From positions 3,368 through 67,367 of the forward strand of contig DCBY01000030.1 of assembly GCA_002313635.1 (NCBI GenBank): a stretch of DNA of 64,000 nucleotides. The letters run 5' to 3'. Position numbers and translations under genes: made by a program. The first letter of the stretch is position 1. Each line of letters opens with the position of its first letter. Shown piece after piece: positions 8,990-18,272 of the stretch. The DNA comes from Fusobacteriia bacterium UBA1095 (lineage in GTDB: Bacteria; Fusobacteriota; Fusobacteriia; Bac17; UBA816). Below the pieces are notes generated by a model. The model ran no database searches. It worked only from the letters and a program-made list of their open reading frames with translations, and was not told where the DNA came from.

Positions 8990-10611
8990 AGAAAAAAGTA
9001 TTAATAACATCAGCTCTGCCTTATATAAACAATATCCCCCATATGGGGCATATGGTAGGTTGCCACTTGCCTGCTGACATTTTTGCTAGGTACTGTAGAC
9101 AGAAGGGTTACGATGTAACTTTTGTCGGAGGTTCTGATGAGCATGGAACTCCATCTGTAATAGCTGCTGGAAAAGAAGATAAGAATATTAAGGATTTTGT
9201 GGATAATCTTCATGAGATTCATAAAAAGATTTATGAAAGAATGAATATTAGCTATGATATATATTCCAGAACATCTGATGAAGAGCATTTTGATATGACT
9301 CAAGAGATCTTTCTTGATATATATAACAGTGGTTATGTGGTAGAGAAAGAAGAAGAGCTATACTATTCTGAAGAAGATAAAATGTTCCTTCCTGATAGAT
9401 TTTTGATTGGGGAGTGCCCCTCCTGTAGGTCAGAAGCTAACAGTGATCAATGTGAATCTTGTGGTAAGGTGCTCTCATCAAAAGAGTTAGTGAACCCTAA
9501 ATCTATACTTTCAGGGTCCACCCCAGTCTTGAGAAAATCTACCCATCTCTACTTAGATTTAGCTAAGATATCTTCTAAATTGGATGAGTGGTTAGAGAGT
9601 AAGAGAGATATTTTCAAAAAAAATGTCTATAGTGAAGCAAAGAAGTGGATAAAAGAGGGTTTGAGAGCTAGATCTATAACTAGAGATATGTCTTGGGGAG
9701 TTCCAGTGCCTCTGGATGGATACGAGGGTAAGGTGTTTTATGTCTGGTTTGATGCTCCTATAGGTTATATGACTTTTGCTAAAAAGCTGGGTGTGAATTG
9801 GGAAGATCGGGAAATATTTCATTTTCTGGGAAAAGACAACATACCTTTTCATACAGTTTTTTGGCCTAGTATCCTTATTGCTGCTAATAGAAAGCTACCT
9901 TACAACGTTGTAGGTTACAACTATCTCACATTTGAGGGAGAAAAATTCTCAAAAAGTAAGTCTATAGGTGTCTTCTGTACTAACATCCATGATGAGAGTT
10001 TAGATATAGATATGTTACGTTTCTATCTTGCCTCTTGCTTACCCGAATCAAAAGATTCAGACTTTAGATGGAAAGAATTTCGGCAAGTTGTCAACAGTCA
10101 GCTTATAGGAAATGTTGCTAACTTTTTTAATAGAACTGTGAGTATGATTAATAAATATTTTGATGGTGAGATATCTTTATCAGAAATGCCGTCCTACCCT
10201 ATTCTTAGCGAAAAAAAGATTTTCTCTAATGATATTGGTATTTTATTTGAGAAAGGTGAGATAAGAGCAGGTATAAAGAAAATATTAGAATTTTCTTCTT
10301 TAGGTAACTCTTTCATTGATTCAAAGGAGCCATGGAATCTTGCTAAAACTGATAAAAAAGAGTTGTCTAAGGTATTATACTCCTGCTTGGATCATGCTAG
10401 AACTTTGGCAATTCTAATGAGCCCCATAGTTCCTGATAAAATGGCTACATTTTGGAAAGATCAACTCCTTTTGACAGATGTTCCGAGCAAACCTGGTTTA
10501 TGGAATTTAGAAGAAAATTTTCCTCTTATACATAAAATTGGCAGACCAAATCCTCTCTACAAAAGAGTTGATGAAGAGGAATTAACTAGAATAATTAATA
10601 TTTTGTCTTAA
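8986..10611 (+). CDS. metG: Methionine--tRNA ligase (short form)
   Basis: ITSALPY, HMGH (HIGH-like), GSDEHG, YVWFDAPIGY, GKDNIPFH, KFSKS; ATGA overlap with secA. Confidence 0.97.
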   Translation: MKKKVLITSALPYINNIPHMGHMVGCHLPADIFARYCRQKGYDVTFVGGSDEHGTPSVIAAGKEDKNIKDFVDNLHEIHKKIYERMNISYDIYSRTSDEEHFDMTQEIFLDIYNSGYVVEKEEELYYSEEDKMFLPDRFLIGECPSCRSEANSDQCESCGKVLSSKELVNPKSILSGSTPVLRKSTHLYLDLAKISSKLDEWLESKRDIFKKNVYSEAKKWIKEGLRARSITRDMSWGVPVPLDGYEGKVFYVWFDAPIGYMTFAKKLGVNWEDREIFHFLGKDNIPFHTVFWPSILIAANRKLPYNVVGYNYLTFEGEKFSKSKSIGVFCTNIHDESLDIDMLRFYLASCLPESKDSDFRWKEFRQVVNSQLIGNVANFFNRTVSMINKYFDGEISLSEMPSYPILSEKKIFSNDIGILFEKGEIRAGIKKILEFSSLGNSFIDSKEPWNLAKTDKKELSKVLYSCLDHARTLAILMSPIVPDKMATFWKDQLLLTDVPSKPGLWNLEENFPLIHKIGRPNPLYKRVDEEELTRIINILS

Positions 10612-10683
10612 TCTCCTTTTATTAATTCAAACTTTTGAAGAATTTTGGTAGAATCTACATATTGTACAAAGAATAAAGGAGAT

Positions 10684-11673
10684 ATGATTTTGAAAAAAGA
10701 AGATAGTAAAAATAAAGCTTTAGATTTAGCCATAAAGCAGTTGCATAAAGATTTTGGTGAAGGATCTATAATGAGGTTAGGTGCTAGAGCCAGACAGACT
10801 TTTGATGTTGTTTCCTCAGGTAGCTTGAATTTAGATGCTGCACTGGGTATAAACGGATTTCCTAAGGGAAGGGTAATTGAAATATACGGTCCTGAGTCTT
10901 CTGGTAAGACCACTATTGCACTTCACGCAATAGCTGAAGTACAGAAAAGTGGTGGTACTGCTGCGTTCATAGATGCTGAACATGCGCTTGACCCTACCTA
11001 TGCCAAAAATTTAGGCGTAAATGTAAGCGACCTACTAGTCTCTCAGCCTGATACAGGAGAACAAGCTCTAGAGATAGCCGATGTACTTGTTAGAAGTGGT
11101 GCAGTAGATATTATAGTTTTAGACTCTGTTGCTGCTCTTGTTCCTAAAGCAGAGATAGAAGGAGAGATGGGAGATGCTCATGTTGGTCTGCAGGCTAGGT
11201 TAATGAGCCAAGCGTTAAGAAAGCTTTCAGGAAATATATCAAAGTCAAATACTTTGATGATATTTATAAATCAAATAAGAGAAAAAGTTAACTCATTTGG
11301 TTATGGTCCTAGTGAGACAACAAGTGGTGGTAGAGCACTTAAATTTTATGCTTCAGTAAGAGTTGATGTTAGAAGAATAGGGTCAATAAAACAGGGTGAT
11401 AAAATTGTTGGTAATGAAGTTAAAGTTAAAGTTACTAAAAACAAGGTTGCCCCTCCATTTAGGGAGGCGCGTTTTGAGATAATATACGGAAAAGGTGTCT
11501 CTAGAGTAGGAGAGGTTATAGATTTAGCTCTTAATAAGGGCATTATAAAGAAAAATGGAGCATGGTTTAGTATGGGAGATGAAAAGCTAGGCCAGGGAAG
11601 AGAAGCGGTTAGAGCTCTTCTATCAGAGAACAGTGATTTGGTTGACAAGATTATAAAAGAGATAAAATCTTAG
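10684..11673 (+). CDS. recA: Recombinase RecA
   Basis: [32 protein letters not shown]; start placed at ATG after SD AAGGAG. Confidence 0.99.
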   Translation: MILKKEDSKNKALDLAIKQLHKDFGEGSIMRLGARARQTFDVVSSGSLNLDAALGINGFPKGRVIEIYGPESSGKTTIALHAIAEVQKSGGTAAFIDAEHALDPTYAKNLGVNVSDLLVSQPDTGEQALEIADVLVRSGAVDIIVLDSVAALVPKAEIEGEMGDAHVGLQARLMSQALRKLSGNISKSNTLMIFINQIREKVNSFGYGPSETTSGGRALKFYASVRVDVRRIGSIKQGDKIVGNEVKVKVTKNKVAPPFREARFEIIYGKGVSRVGEVIDLALNKGIIKKNGAWFSMGDEKLGQGREAVRALLSENSDLVDKIIKEIKS

Positions 11674-11707
11674 TTTTGTGTTACAATTCAATAAAAAGGA
11701 GGTAAAG

Positions 11708-12289
11708 ATGAACATTGGAGAGAATTTTTATGAAGAATTGGATCTAATAGGTCTAGATAGTAAAATAGATATATTTCAAAATAATGATATAAAGAAAGTT
11801 GATATCAATAATTTTAAGGGTAAGTGGGTAGTTCTTTTCTTCTATCCAGCAGATTTTACATTCATATGTCCTACTGAACTTTCAGAACTTGCAGATAAGT
11901 ACAGTGACTTTGTTTCAGAAGGCGCTGAAGTTATCAGTGTAAGTAGAGATAGTGCTTTCGTTCATAAGGCTTGGTCAGAAAAGGATCCTAGAATAGGAAA
12001 AATATCTTATCCTATGGCTGCCGATGTAAAGGGTGATCTTACAGAGCTTTTTGACGTTTTTGAAGAGCCAAGAGGAATGTCTCTTAGAGCTACATTGATA
12101 ATAGATCCAGAAGGATTTATAGTCTCCAAAGATGTAAATGATAATAGCATTGGTAGAAATATAGATGAGATACTAAGGAAACTTCAAGCTGCTAAGTTTA
12201 CCAGAAGTAACTCAGGAGAGGTTTGCCCGGTTAATTGGACTCCTAAGTCTGATTCATTAAAATTACCGGAGCTATCTATACTAAAGTAA
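11708..12289 (+). CDS. ahpC: 2-Cys peroxiredoxin AhpC
   Basis: FFYPADFTFICPTEL and GEVCPVNW; ATG after SD AGGAGG. Confidence 0.95.
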   Translation: MNIGENFYEELDLIGLDSKIDIFQNNDIKKVDINNFKGKWVVLFFYPADFTFICPTELSELADKYSDFVSEGAEVISVSRDSAFVHKAWSEKDPRIGKISYPMAADVKGDLTELFDVFEEPRGMSLRATLIIDPEGFIVSKDVNDNSIGRNIDEILRKLQAAKFTRSNSGEVCPVNWTPKSDSLKLPELSILK

Positions 12290-13132
12290 ATGAAGAGAGT
12301 AGGAGCGCATGTAAGTGCATCAGGTGGGGTGTCCAAGGCCGTAACGAATGCAGCCAGCATAAATGCTAAGGCTTTTGCCCTGTTTGTTAAAAATCAAAGG
12401 CAGTGGTTTACTAAGCCTTTTGGAGAAGATGAGGTAGATAAGTTTAATTTTAATTTATCTAAGATTGATATCAGTAAGGATATGATACTGCCTCATGGTA
12501 GTTACCTTATCAATTTGGGTAGCCCTAAAGAGGAAGGTAGAGAGAAGTCGATTAAGTCCTTGATATTTGAGCTGAAGCTATGTAGAAGGCTTGGTATAAA
12601 AGCTTTGAATGTGCATCCTGGTAGCCACTTGAGAGAAATAAGTGAAGAAGAGTGTTTGGATAAGGTTGCTGAAAGTGTAAATATTGCAAACAAAGAAGTG
12701 CCAGAGGTTAAAGTTGTCATAGAGAATACAGCAGGACAAGGTAGTAATATAGGGTATAAGTTAGAACATTTGTCCAGGATAATAGAGGGGGTAGAGAATA
12801 AAGAATTGGTAGGAGTATGTATTGACACTTGTCATTCTTTTGTTGCAGGGTATAATCTTTTAAGTAGGGACTCTTCTAGAGCATTTTTTGATGAGTTTGT
12901 TGACAAGGTTGGAATTGAATTTTTGTCAGGCCTTCACTTAAATGACTCTAAGACTGAGTTAGGTAGTAAAAAAGATAGGCATGAAAGTTTAGGTAAGGGA
13001 TATATAGGTCTAGAAGTATTCAAATATATAATGAACTCTGATTACTTTGAAGACATTCCCTTAATTTTAGAGACAGTTGATCCCTCGATATGGAAAGAGG
13101 AGATAGAACTTCTTTATAGTTTGGTTGAGTAG
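12290..13132 (+). CDS. nfo: Endonuclease IV
   Basis: GAHVSASGG, HGSYLINLG, ENTAGQG, CIDTCH, HLNDSK, DRHE, ILET. Confidence 0.97.
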   Translation: MKRVGAHVSASGGVSKAVTNAASINAKAFALFVKNQRQWFTKPFGEDEVDKFNFNLSKIDISKDMILPHGSYLINLGSPKEEGREKSIKSLIFELKLCRRLGIKALNVHPGSHLREISEEECLDKVAESVNIANKEVPEVKVVIENTAGQGSNIGYKLEHLSRIIEGVENKELVGVCIDTCHSFVAGYNLLSRDSSRAFFDEFVDKVGIEFLSGLHLNDSKTELGSKKDRHESLGKGYIGLEVFKYIMNSDYFEDIPLILETVDPSIWKEEIELLYSLVE

Positions 13133-13176
13133 TGTACTGCTTTAAATGAAAAATTTATTATATCAGAGGGGGTAAG

Positions 13177-13749
13177 TTGCCAAAGACATCCATTTTTAGA
13201 AAAATATCCAAGATAGCAGATCTCAATGTTGAGATCTGGAAGTTGAACAAGATAATTTCTCGTAACTCTAGCAACATAGAGGCTTTAAAAGAGTTAGGAG
13301 CAATATATCACTACATCCATGAAGATAGAATAGCTATTAGGATTTATGAGAAAATATTGCAGATAGATCCTAAGGATAGTGACGTGAGAGCATATCTAGG
13401 CTATCTTTACTACGAGATAGGTAATATGCAAAAATCTGTTGAAGAGTTGAATAGTTCATTAGATCTCAACCCTAAGAATTCTTTTGGTTACTTTTTGTTA
13501 GGGAATTCGTACTCAAGATTAGGATTAGTTAAAGAGGCTGTCAGAAGTTATGACATGGCTCTATTATTAGGGTTAGATGTATATAGAGCTCATATGGATT
13601 TTGCTTCGAAATTTGAAGACATGAACAGAAAGCATAGAGCACTGTTAGAGTATAAATCTGCTTATGAAGTTGGTCCTAAGAGCAGAAATCTTATGTTAAA
13701 GATAAGAGAGCTAGAGCTAAATGCTATGCCAACAAAAATTCGTATCTAG
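13177..13749 (+). CDS. Tetratricopeptide repeat protein
   Basis: TPR-like units ALKELGAIY...IDPKD, AYLGYLYYEIG...LNPKN, YFLLGNSYSRLG; TTG start after GAGGGG. Confidence 0.85.
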   Translation: MPKTSIFRKISKIADLNVEIWKLNKIISRNSSNIEALKELGAIYHYIHEDRIAIRIYEKILQIDPKDSDVRAYLGYLYYEIGNMQKSVEELNSSLDLNPKNSFGYFLLGNSYSRLGLVKEAVRSYDMALLLGLDVYRAHMDFASKFEDMNRKHRALLEYKSAYEVGPKSRNLMLKIRELELNAMPTKIRI

Positions 13750-16220
13750 TGTAGGTAGAAGAAGATAGAAAAGACATGATAGGCTTGCGATCTTATAATG
13801 GCTGTGATGCTTGTATTTATGCTTGCATTGATGATGTGTAATATTTTGAATTGAAAGTCAATGCCACAGTTAACCATGGTATATATTTTTAATTCATCTG
13901 AAGCAATTATACCAGGAGTTACATTTAGAGATATTTTGTCCATATATAACATTGACTCATCTACTCCTGGATAAAACACAGACTCCGGTGATACACTTCT
14001 CTTTATGTCAATATCTAATTCAAGTTTGTAGTAAGAGGCTAATGCACTGGATCCCAAAATAGCCATTCTGTTTCCAACCAGTAGGCTTTTTTGTGAAATT
14101 TCTGATTTTAGGTAAAGATTAGGCATGCTTTCGTCACTGATGATTATGAGACCGTTTGAATTATACATTGCTTGGGTAGTAAAGTTATTGAACGAGAAAC
14201 CCACAGTGGCAGCAGTTGAAGAATTATCTGGTAAGTATTTGTTTGAAGAAAAGGAACTGTTTAAATCAATTGATGCCCACAGTACTACTGAGTTAATCTC
14301 TAAACCTAGGCGTTCTTTAATATCAAAATACATCTCTTTTAACATTGAATTAAATTCTAGCTCTACTCCAGATGAAAAAGCAGTACTCATACCTATTTTG
14401 CTTATAAAACCAGGAATGTTTAGTTGGGTCTTAGTTGATATTTTCCCCATCATGTTATATGCCATTTCTACGAATATACTTCTATTTGCTAGCTCTATGC
14501 CTATGGTTGGTTTGTTAGCAAACCTATTCTTAACTGCATGAAATGGTGCTATAGCGAAAAGGCTTATGATAAAGTCATTAGCTTCATTTCCTATGCCTTG
14601 CTTTATTTTCATCATATCCTGATCACAATAGAGGATAGGGAGTGTGAAATCTAACTTTGGTGAATATCTTTTGGAAGTAGGTGAGTTGAAGCTATGCTTA
14701 ACTGCATTGTATTCCTGCTTTATAATGTTCATTTCGTCTATGTATTCTAAATCAGTGAAGTATATGTGGGGAAAACCTTCAATGTGTTGATTAAAGTATA
14801 TTTTATCTTCTATCCTTACAGGATTTTCTATTGTATCACCCTCAATTATCTTTTTGACTTTAGAGTTATTGTCTGAGTATTCGTATAAGCTTATTTTAGA
14901 CCCCGTATCCTTCGTGAAGTATATCTTGCTTCCATATATGTATGCTGAGGGGTTAGATTCGCAAATTCGCTCTATTTTGCCATTTTCTAATTTGAAGAGG
15001 TATGTACCACGTTCATAATAATTTTTACCTATGAAGAAAATTCCTGCTTCTGAGAACATAAGATCGAAAAAGATTAGGTCACTATCTTGGTCTATTAGTA
15101 CTTTGCTGCTATTATCCTCTTTTATTAAAAGAGATTCTCTACCATTTTCTGTATTTACAAATATTACCTTATCTTCGAAGCTGGCGGTGATTTTGTTACT
15201 CTTCTGGTCTATTAAAGAACCGTTTATATATCCTAAAAATTTGTATTTCTGATCTGTTATTTGAAAATCAATAGGTAGGTTGGATATAAATACTAAAGTT
15301 TTTGTTAAATTTTCTCCATCAAATTTAAAGTATCTTACATTTGTTGCATTAGACACATAATATTGTTTCCCCTTGCTTACATCCATTTTTACTATCTTCT
15401 CTCCATCAGAAAAACAGAGGAATTTTCCTCCCCCAGTTAGGTGGTATGCAGTATTTTTTAAGAAGATTTCTCCTACTGGGGTGCTTTTTTCTACACTATC
15501 GTTCCACTCATAGACAATATTATATTTTTTTAGGTCAAAGAATCTTAACAGAGTTTTAGAATATGTATCTATTAGTTCTATCATTGCATCTTTTCCATAT
15601 CTCTTTTCATAAAAATTCATAAAGCTATAGCCTAGTTCATAGAGAAATACTCTACTTTCATTTATCTTTTCAAATGAAATTTGTGAAAAACTTTTGGGAA
15701 TGTTTGAAAATAGATTTGATTTTCCACGTCCCCTATCTTTGGTCAAGTGCGTTTCAAAGTATACAGCAGTGCCCTCATGCATCCACATAGGCGCTAAATT
15801 TAGTCTCTGGCTACCAAGTTTGATAGGGGATTTCTGAGCTAAAATAGAGTGAACAAGTTCATGCCTCAATATATCTTCCACAGGAGTTCCCATATTGCCT
15901 AAAGCAGTGTTAGGGAACATATATATACAGAGTGGCTTTACTGGAACTACGAAGGCATTAGCTAAGTCATTATGAGACATAATTATATTTATTCTTCTGG
16001 ACGGCTTAAATTTCAAAGCTTCAAATAGTTCTTCTGCAACATGATCAGCTTTTGAATTTAGAATATCTGCTTCCCTTTGCAGATCCTTATCATATATCAC
16101 TCTAAAATGTTTAGTCTCAAACTCTAGCCTTCTAGTTGTAGATAGAGAATCTAGAGAGCTAATAGAAAAAATTAGTGTTATCTTGATCAGTTTTGACTTT
16201 AATGTTCTTGCTATATTCAC
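13746..16220 (-). CDS. Secreted protein with gluzincin-like (HExxH...E) metallopeptidase domain, probable beta-propeller and beta-rich C-terminus
   Basis: ETKHFRVIY, ILRHELVH, PMWMHEGTAVY, YELGYSF; signal-like N-terminus; start codon uncertain because it overlaps nfu. Confidence 0.7.
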   Translation of the reverse strand: MNIARTLKSKLIKITLIFSISSLDSLSTTRRLEFETKHFRVIYDKDLQREADILNSKADHVAEELFEALKFKPSRRINIIMSHNDLANAFVVPVKPLCIYMFPNTALGNMGTPVEDILRHELVHSILAQKSPIKLGSQRLNLAPMWMHEGTAVYFETHLTKDRGRGKSNLFSNIPKSFSQISFEKINESRVFLYELGYSFMNFYEKRYGKDAMIELIDTYSKTLLRFFDLKKYNIVYEWNDSVEKSTPVGEIFLKNTAYHLTGGGKFLCFSDGEKIVKMDVSKGKQYYVSNATNVRYFKFDGENLTKTLVFISNLPIDFQITDQKYKFLGYINGSLIDQKSNKITASFEDKVIFVNTENGRESLLIKEDNSSKVLIDQDSDLIFFDLMFSEAGIFFIGKNYYERGTYLFKLENGKIERICESNPSAYIYGSKIYFTKDTGSKISLYEYSDNNSKVKKIIEGDTIENPVRIEDKIYFNQHIEGFPHIYFTDLEYIDEMNIIKQEYNAVKHSFNSPTSKRYSPKLDFTLPILYCDQDMMKIKQGIGNEANDFIISLFAIAPFHAVKNRFANKPTIGIELANRSIFVEMAYNMMGKISTKTQLNIPGFISKIGMSTAFSSGVELEFNSMLKEMYFDIKERLGLEINSVVLWASIDLNSSFSSNKYLPDNSSTAATVGFSFNNFTTQAMYNSNGLIIISDESMPNLYLKSEISQKSLLVGNRMAILGSSALASYYKLELDIDIKRSVSPESVFYPGVDESMLYMDKISLNVTPGIIASDELKIYTMVNCGIDFQFKILHIINASINTSITAIIRSQAYHVFSIFFYLH

Positions 16221-16740
16221 TTTTCAATATCTCCTCTATGCCTTTTAGTGTTCCTGCTGTCGCACTAGGACAACTTCCACAGGCTCCTGTGTATGATATT
16301 GTTAATGTGTTATCTTCTAAATCTTCTATTCTTAAATCTCCACCATCACCCTGTAAAGCAGGTCTAACTTTATCATTTAGAATTTTTTCTATCTTTTCTA
16401 CTTCAGCTTTTACCTCAGGTGGAAATTCCTTTATACTCTCTCTTTTATCTTCTATCTTAAATTCTGGATCATGGAATGGCAAAAAATTCTCTATGATGTC
16501 TCTCACCTTGTCAAGCAAGGAAGACCATTTTTTATCGTTGCCCTTAGTTATTGTAATGAAATTGTCAAGCAGAAATACCTCTTTTACACCATCTATTTCG
16601 AATATAGCTTCTATCATAGGTATATTAGGAGCCTTATTGAACGCAACGCCCTCACCTACCCTGAAATCAAGATTAGAAATCATCCTAACTGCATTGGGAT
16701 TGGGAGTCATTTCATGTATTAGCATAATGTTTTTCTTCAT
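16159..16740 (-). CDS. Nfu/NifU-like Fe-S cluster carrier
   Basis: N-terminal Nfu domain TPNPNA...IDGVKEVF..NFITITK; C-terminal VRPALQGDGGD...YTGACGSCPS. Confidence 0.92.
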   Translation of the reverse strand: MKKNIMLIHEMTPNPNAVRMISNLDFRVGEGVAFNKAPNIPMIEAIFEIDGVKEVFLLDNFITITKGNDKKWSSLLDKVRDIIENFLPFHDPEFKIEDKRESIKEFPPEVKAEVEKIEKILNDKVRPALQGDGGDLRIEDLEDNTLTISYTGACGSCPSATAGTLKGIEEILKSEYSKNIKVKTDQDNTNFFY

Positions 16741-16746
16741 GAAAAC

Positions 16747-16755
16747 ATTGTATCA
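16747..16755 (-). promoter_or_regulatory. Extended -10 promoter (TGnTACAAT) 6 nt before the nfu ATG
   Basis: Minus strand reads TGTGTGATACAATGTTTTCATG; no SD present. Confidence 0.5.
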
Positions 16756-16765
16756 CACAAATAAA

Positions 16766-16909
16766 CTAATCCTCTTGATTAAAAAGGAGTTTGTCCCATT
16801 TTTTGAAGTTGTGTTTCTCTCTACTTTTTTTACCAGCAGATACTTTAGATAGGTCAGCTTGTTGCCCACCAGACACTTTTGAAAGGTCTATTTTATTTTT
16901 TTTCTTCAA
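16766..16909 (-). CDS. Small peptide (47 aa) with duplicated double-glycine-type leader motif
   Basis: Hand-translated: MKKKNKIDLSKVSGG-QQADLSKVSAG-KKSREKHNFKKWDKLLFNQED*; TTG start with SD AGGGGG overlapping the upstream stop. Confidence 0.75.
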   Translation of the reverse strand: MKKKNKIDLSKVSGGQQADLSKVSAGKKSREKHNFKKWDKLLFNQED

Positions 16910-16911
16910 GA

Positions 16912-17061
16912 CTACCCCCTAATTTTTTTTATGAACTTTTTACCCAAAAAACTTAACCCATTCTCCTCTGCCTTATTAATTGAAAATTGATCTGGCATAG
17001 CAGGAGTTGATAACCCACCATAAACCTTATCTAAATCTATCCCATTTTTTATTTTTTTCAT
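16912..17061 (-). CDS. Small peptide (49 aa) with double-glycine-type leader
   Basis: Hand-translated: MKKIKNGIDLDKVYGG-LSTPAMPDQFSINKAEENGLSFLGKKFIKKIRG*; SD AGGAGA before ATG. Confidence 0.8.
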   Translation of the reverse strand: MKKIKNGIDLDKVYGGLSTPAMPDQFSINKAEENGLSFLGKKFIKKIRG

Positions 17062-17077
17062 AAAATTCTCCTACTAG

Positions 17078-17106
17078 ATTGTGCTACTTTATCCAATTAA
17101 AGTCAA
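17078..17106 (-). promoter_or_regulatory. Putative sigma70 promoter of the two-peptide operon
   Basis: TTGACT-N17-CACAAT on the minus strand just upstream of the SD. Confidence 0.5.
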
Positions 17107-17149
17107 GAAAAAATCTTTGCTAATTAAACAGTTGTAAACCCTGTATTTA

Positions 17150-17178
17150 TTGACATAATGACAGGATTATGTTATAAA
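17150..17178 (+). promoter_or_regulatory. sigma70 promoter of tRNA-Ser cluster
   Basis: TTGACA-N17-TATAAA with extended TG. Confidence 0.7.
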
Positions 17179-17187
17179 TTTTGTAAT

Positions 17188-17276
17188 GGAGGAATGTCCG
17201 AATTGGCAAGGGGCCGGTCTTGAAAACCGGTGAAGCCCGAGAGGGTGTCTGGGTTCGAGTCCCAGTTCCTCCGCCA
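17188..17276 (+). tRNA. tRNA-Ser(TGA)
   Basis: Anticodon arm ccggt-ctTGAaa-accgg, long variable arm, GTTCGA T-loop, encoded CCA. Confidence 0.97.
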
Positions 17277-17278
17277 TT

Positions 17279-17370
17279 GGAGAGATGGCTGAGTGGTCGA
17301 AAGCGCTCCCCTGCTAAGGGAGTATCTGCCTAAAAGTGGATCGAGGGTTCGAATCCCTCTCTCTCCGCCA
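17279..17370 (+). tRNA. tRNA-Ser(GCT)
   Basis: ctccc-ctGCTaa-gggag, long variable arm, GTTCGAATCC, CCA. Confidence 0.97.
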
Positions 17371-17483
17371 TTTGTTTATTAGAATTTCAAAATTAAGTTC
17401 AAAAAGTGTTTATAAAAAAATTATTGTTTTAAGTACATTTCTGGTTATAATTATTGTATACTTAATATTTTTTGGAGGATATA

Positions 17484-17876
17484 ATGAGTGCTTATTTAGT
17501 ATTTATGGGAATAATGGGAGCTCTGGATCTTGTTTGGCTCTCTGTGATGACACCAGCTTTTTATAGGAAGCGTCTAGCAGGAATTACAGACACTATAAAG
17601 TTTATACCAGCGATTTTGTTCTACGTATTGTTTTCTATAGCTGCAGTGATATTCGTTGTTACTCCTGCCGCTATTATGAATTTGAATGTCTATTTGACCT
17701 TTGCTTACGGTGCCTTTTTTGGCCTGGTTGCTTATGGAACATATGACTTAACCAATCAGGCAACAATATCTAATTGGCCAATTTTAGTTACAATAGTAGA
17801 TATGCTTTGGGGAGCCTTTGTTACAGGTATATCATCTGTTTTAACCATATACATATTCAAAACTTTCTTTCTCTAG
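17484..17876 (+). CDS. DUF2177-like membrane protein
   Basis: LDLVWL...FY, GAFFGLVAYGTYDLTN.AT..NWP....VDMLWG; ATG after GGAGG. Confidence 0.85.
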   Translation: MSAYLVFMGIMGALDLVWLSVMTPAFYRKRLAGITDTIKFIPAILFYVLFSIAAVIFVVTPAAIMNLNVYLTFAYGAFFGLVAYGTYDLTNQATISNWPILVTIVDMLWGAFVTGISSVLTIYIFKTFFL

Positions 17877-17920
17877 CCTCTTTTTTTATTTTATTTAAAT
17901 TGATAGAATGTTAATCAGAT

Positions 17921-17996
17921 GCGTCTATAGCTCAATGGATAGAGCACCTGACTACGGATCAGGGGGTTGGGGGTTCAAGTCCTCCTAGACGTGCCA
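17921..17996 (+). tRNA. tRNA-Arg(ACG)
   Basis: cctga-ctACGga-tcagg, TAGCTCAATGGATAGAGC D-arm, CCA. Confidence 0.97.
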
Positions 17997-18003
17997 TTGT
18001 TTT

Positions 18004-18097
<94 letters not shown>

Positions 18098-18272
18098 TTA
18101 TTTGATTTATTAAAATTTAATAAAATTGAGACTTTGCTCTATTTAAATATCGTACATATAATTTAAGAAATACTACTGGTAGAGAGCTTATGTCAATTTT
18201 GTGTTGTAAATATTTATTACATTATGCTAGAATGCTAGGGTAGAGTTAATCTTTATGCACCTGGAGGAAAAA

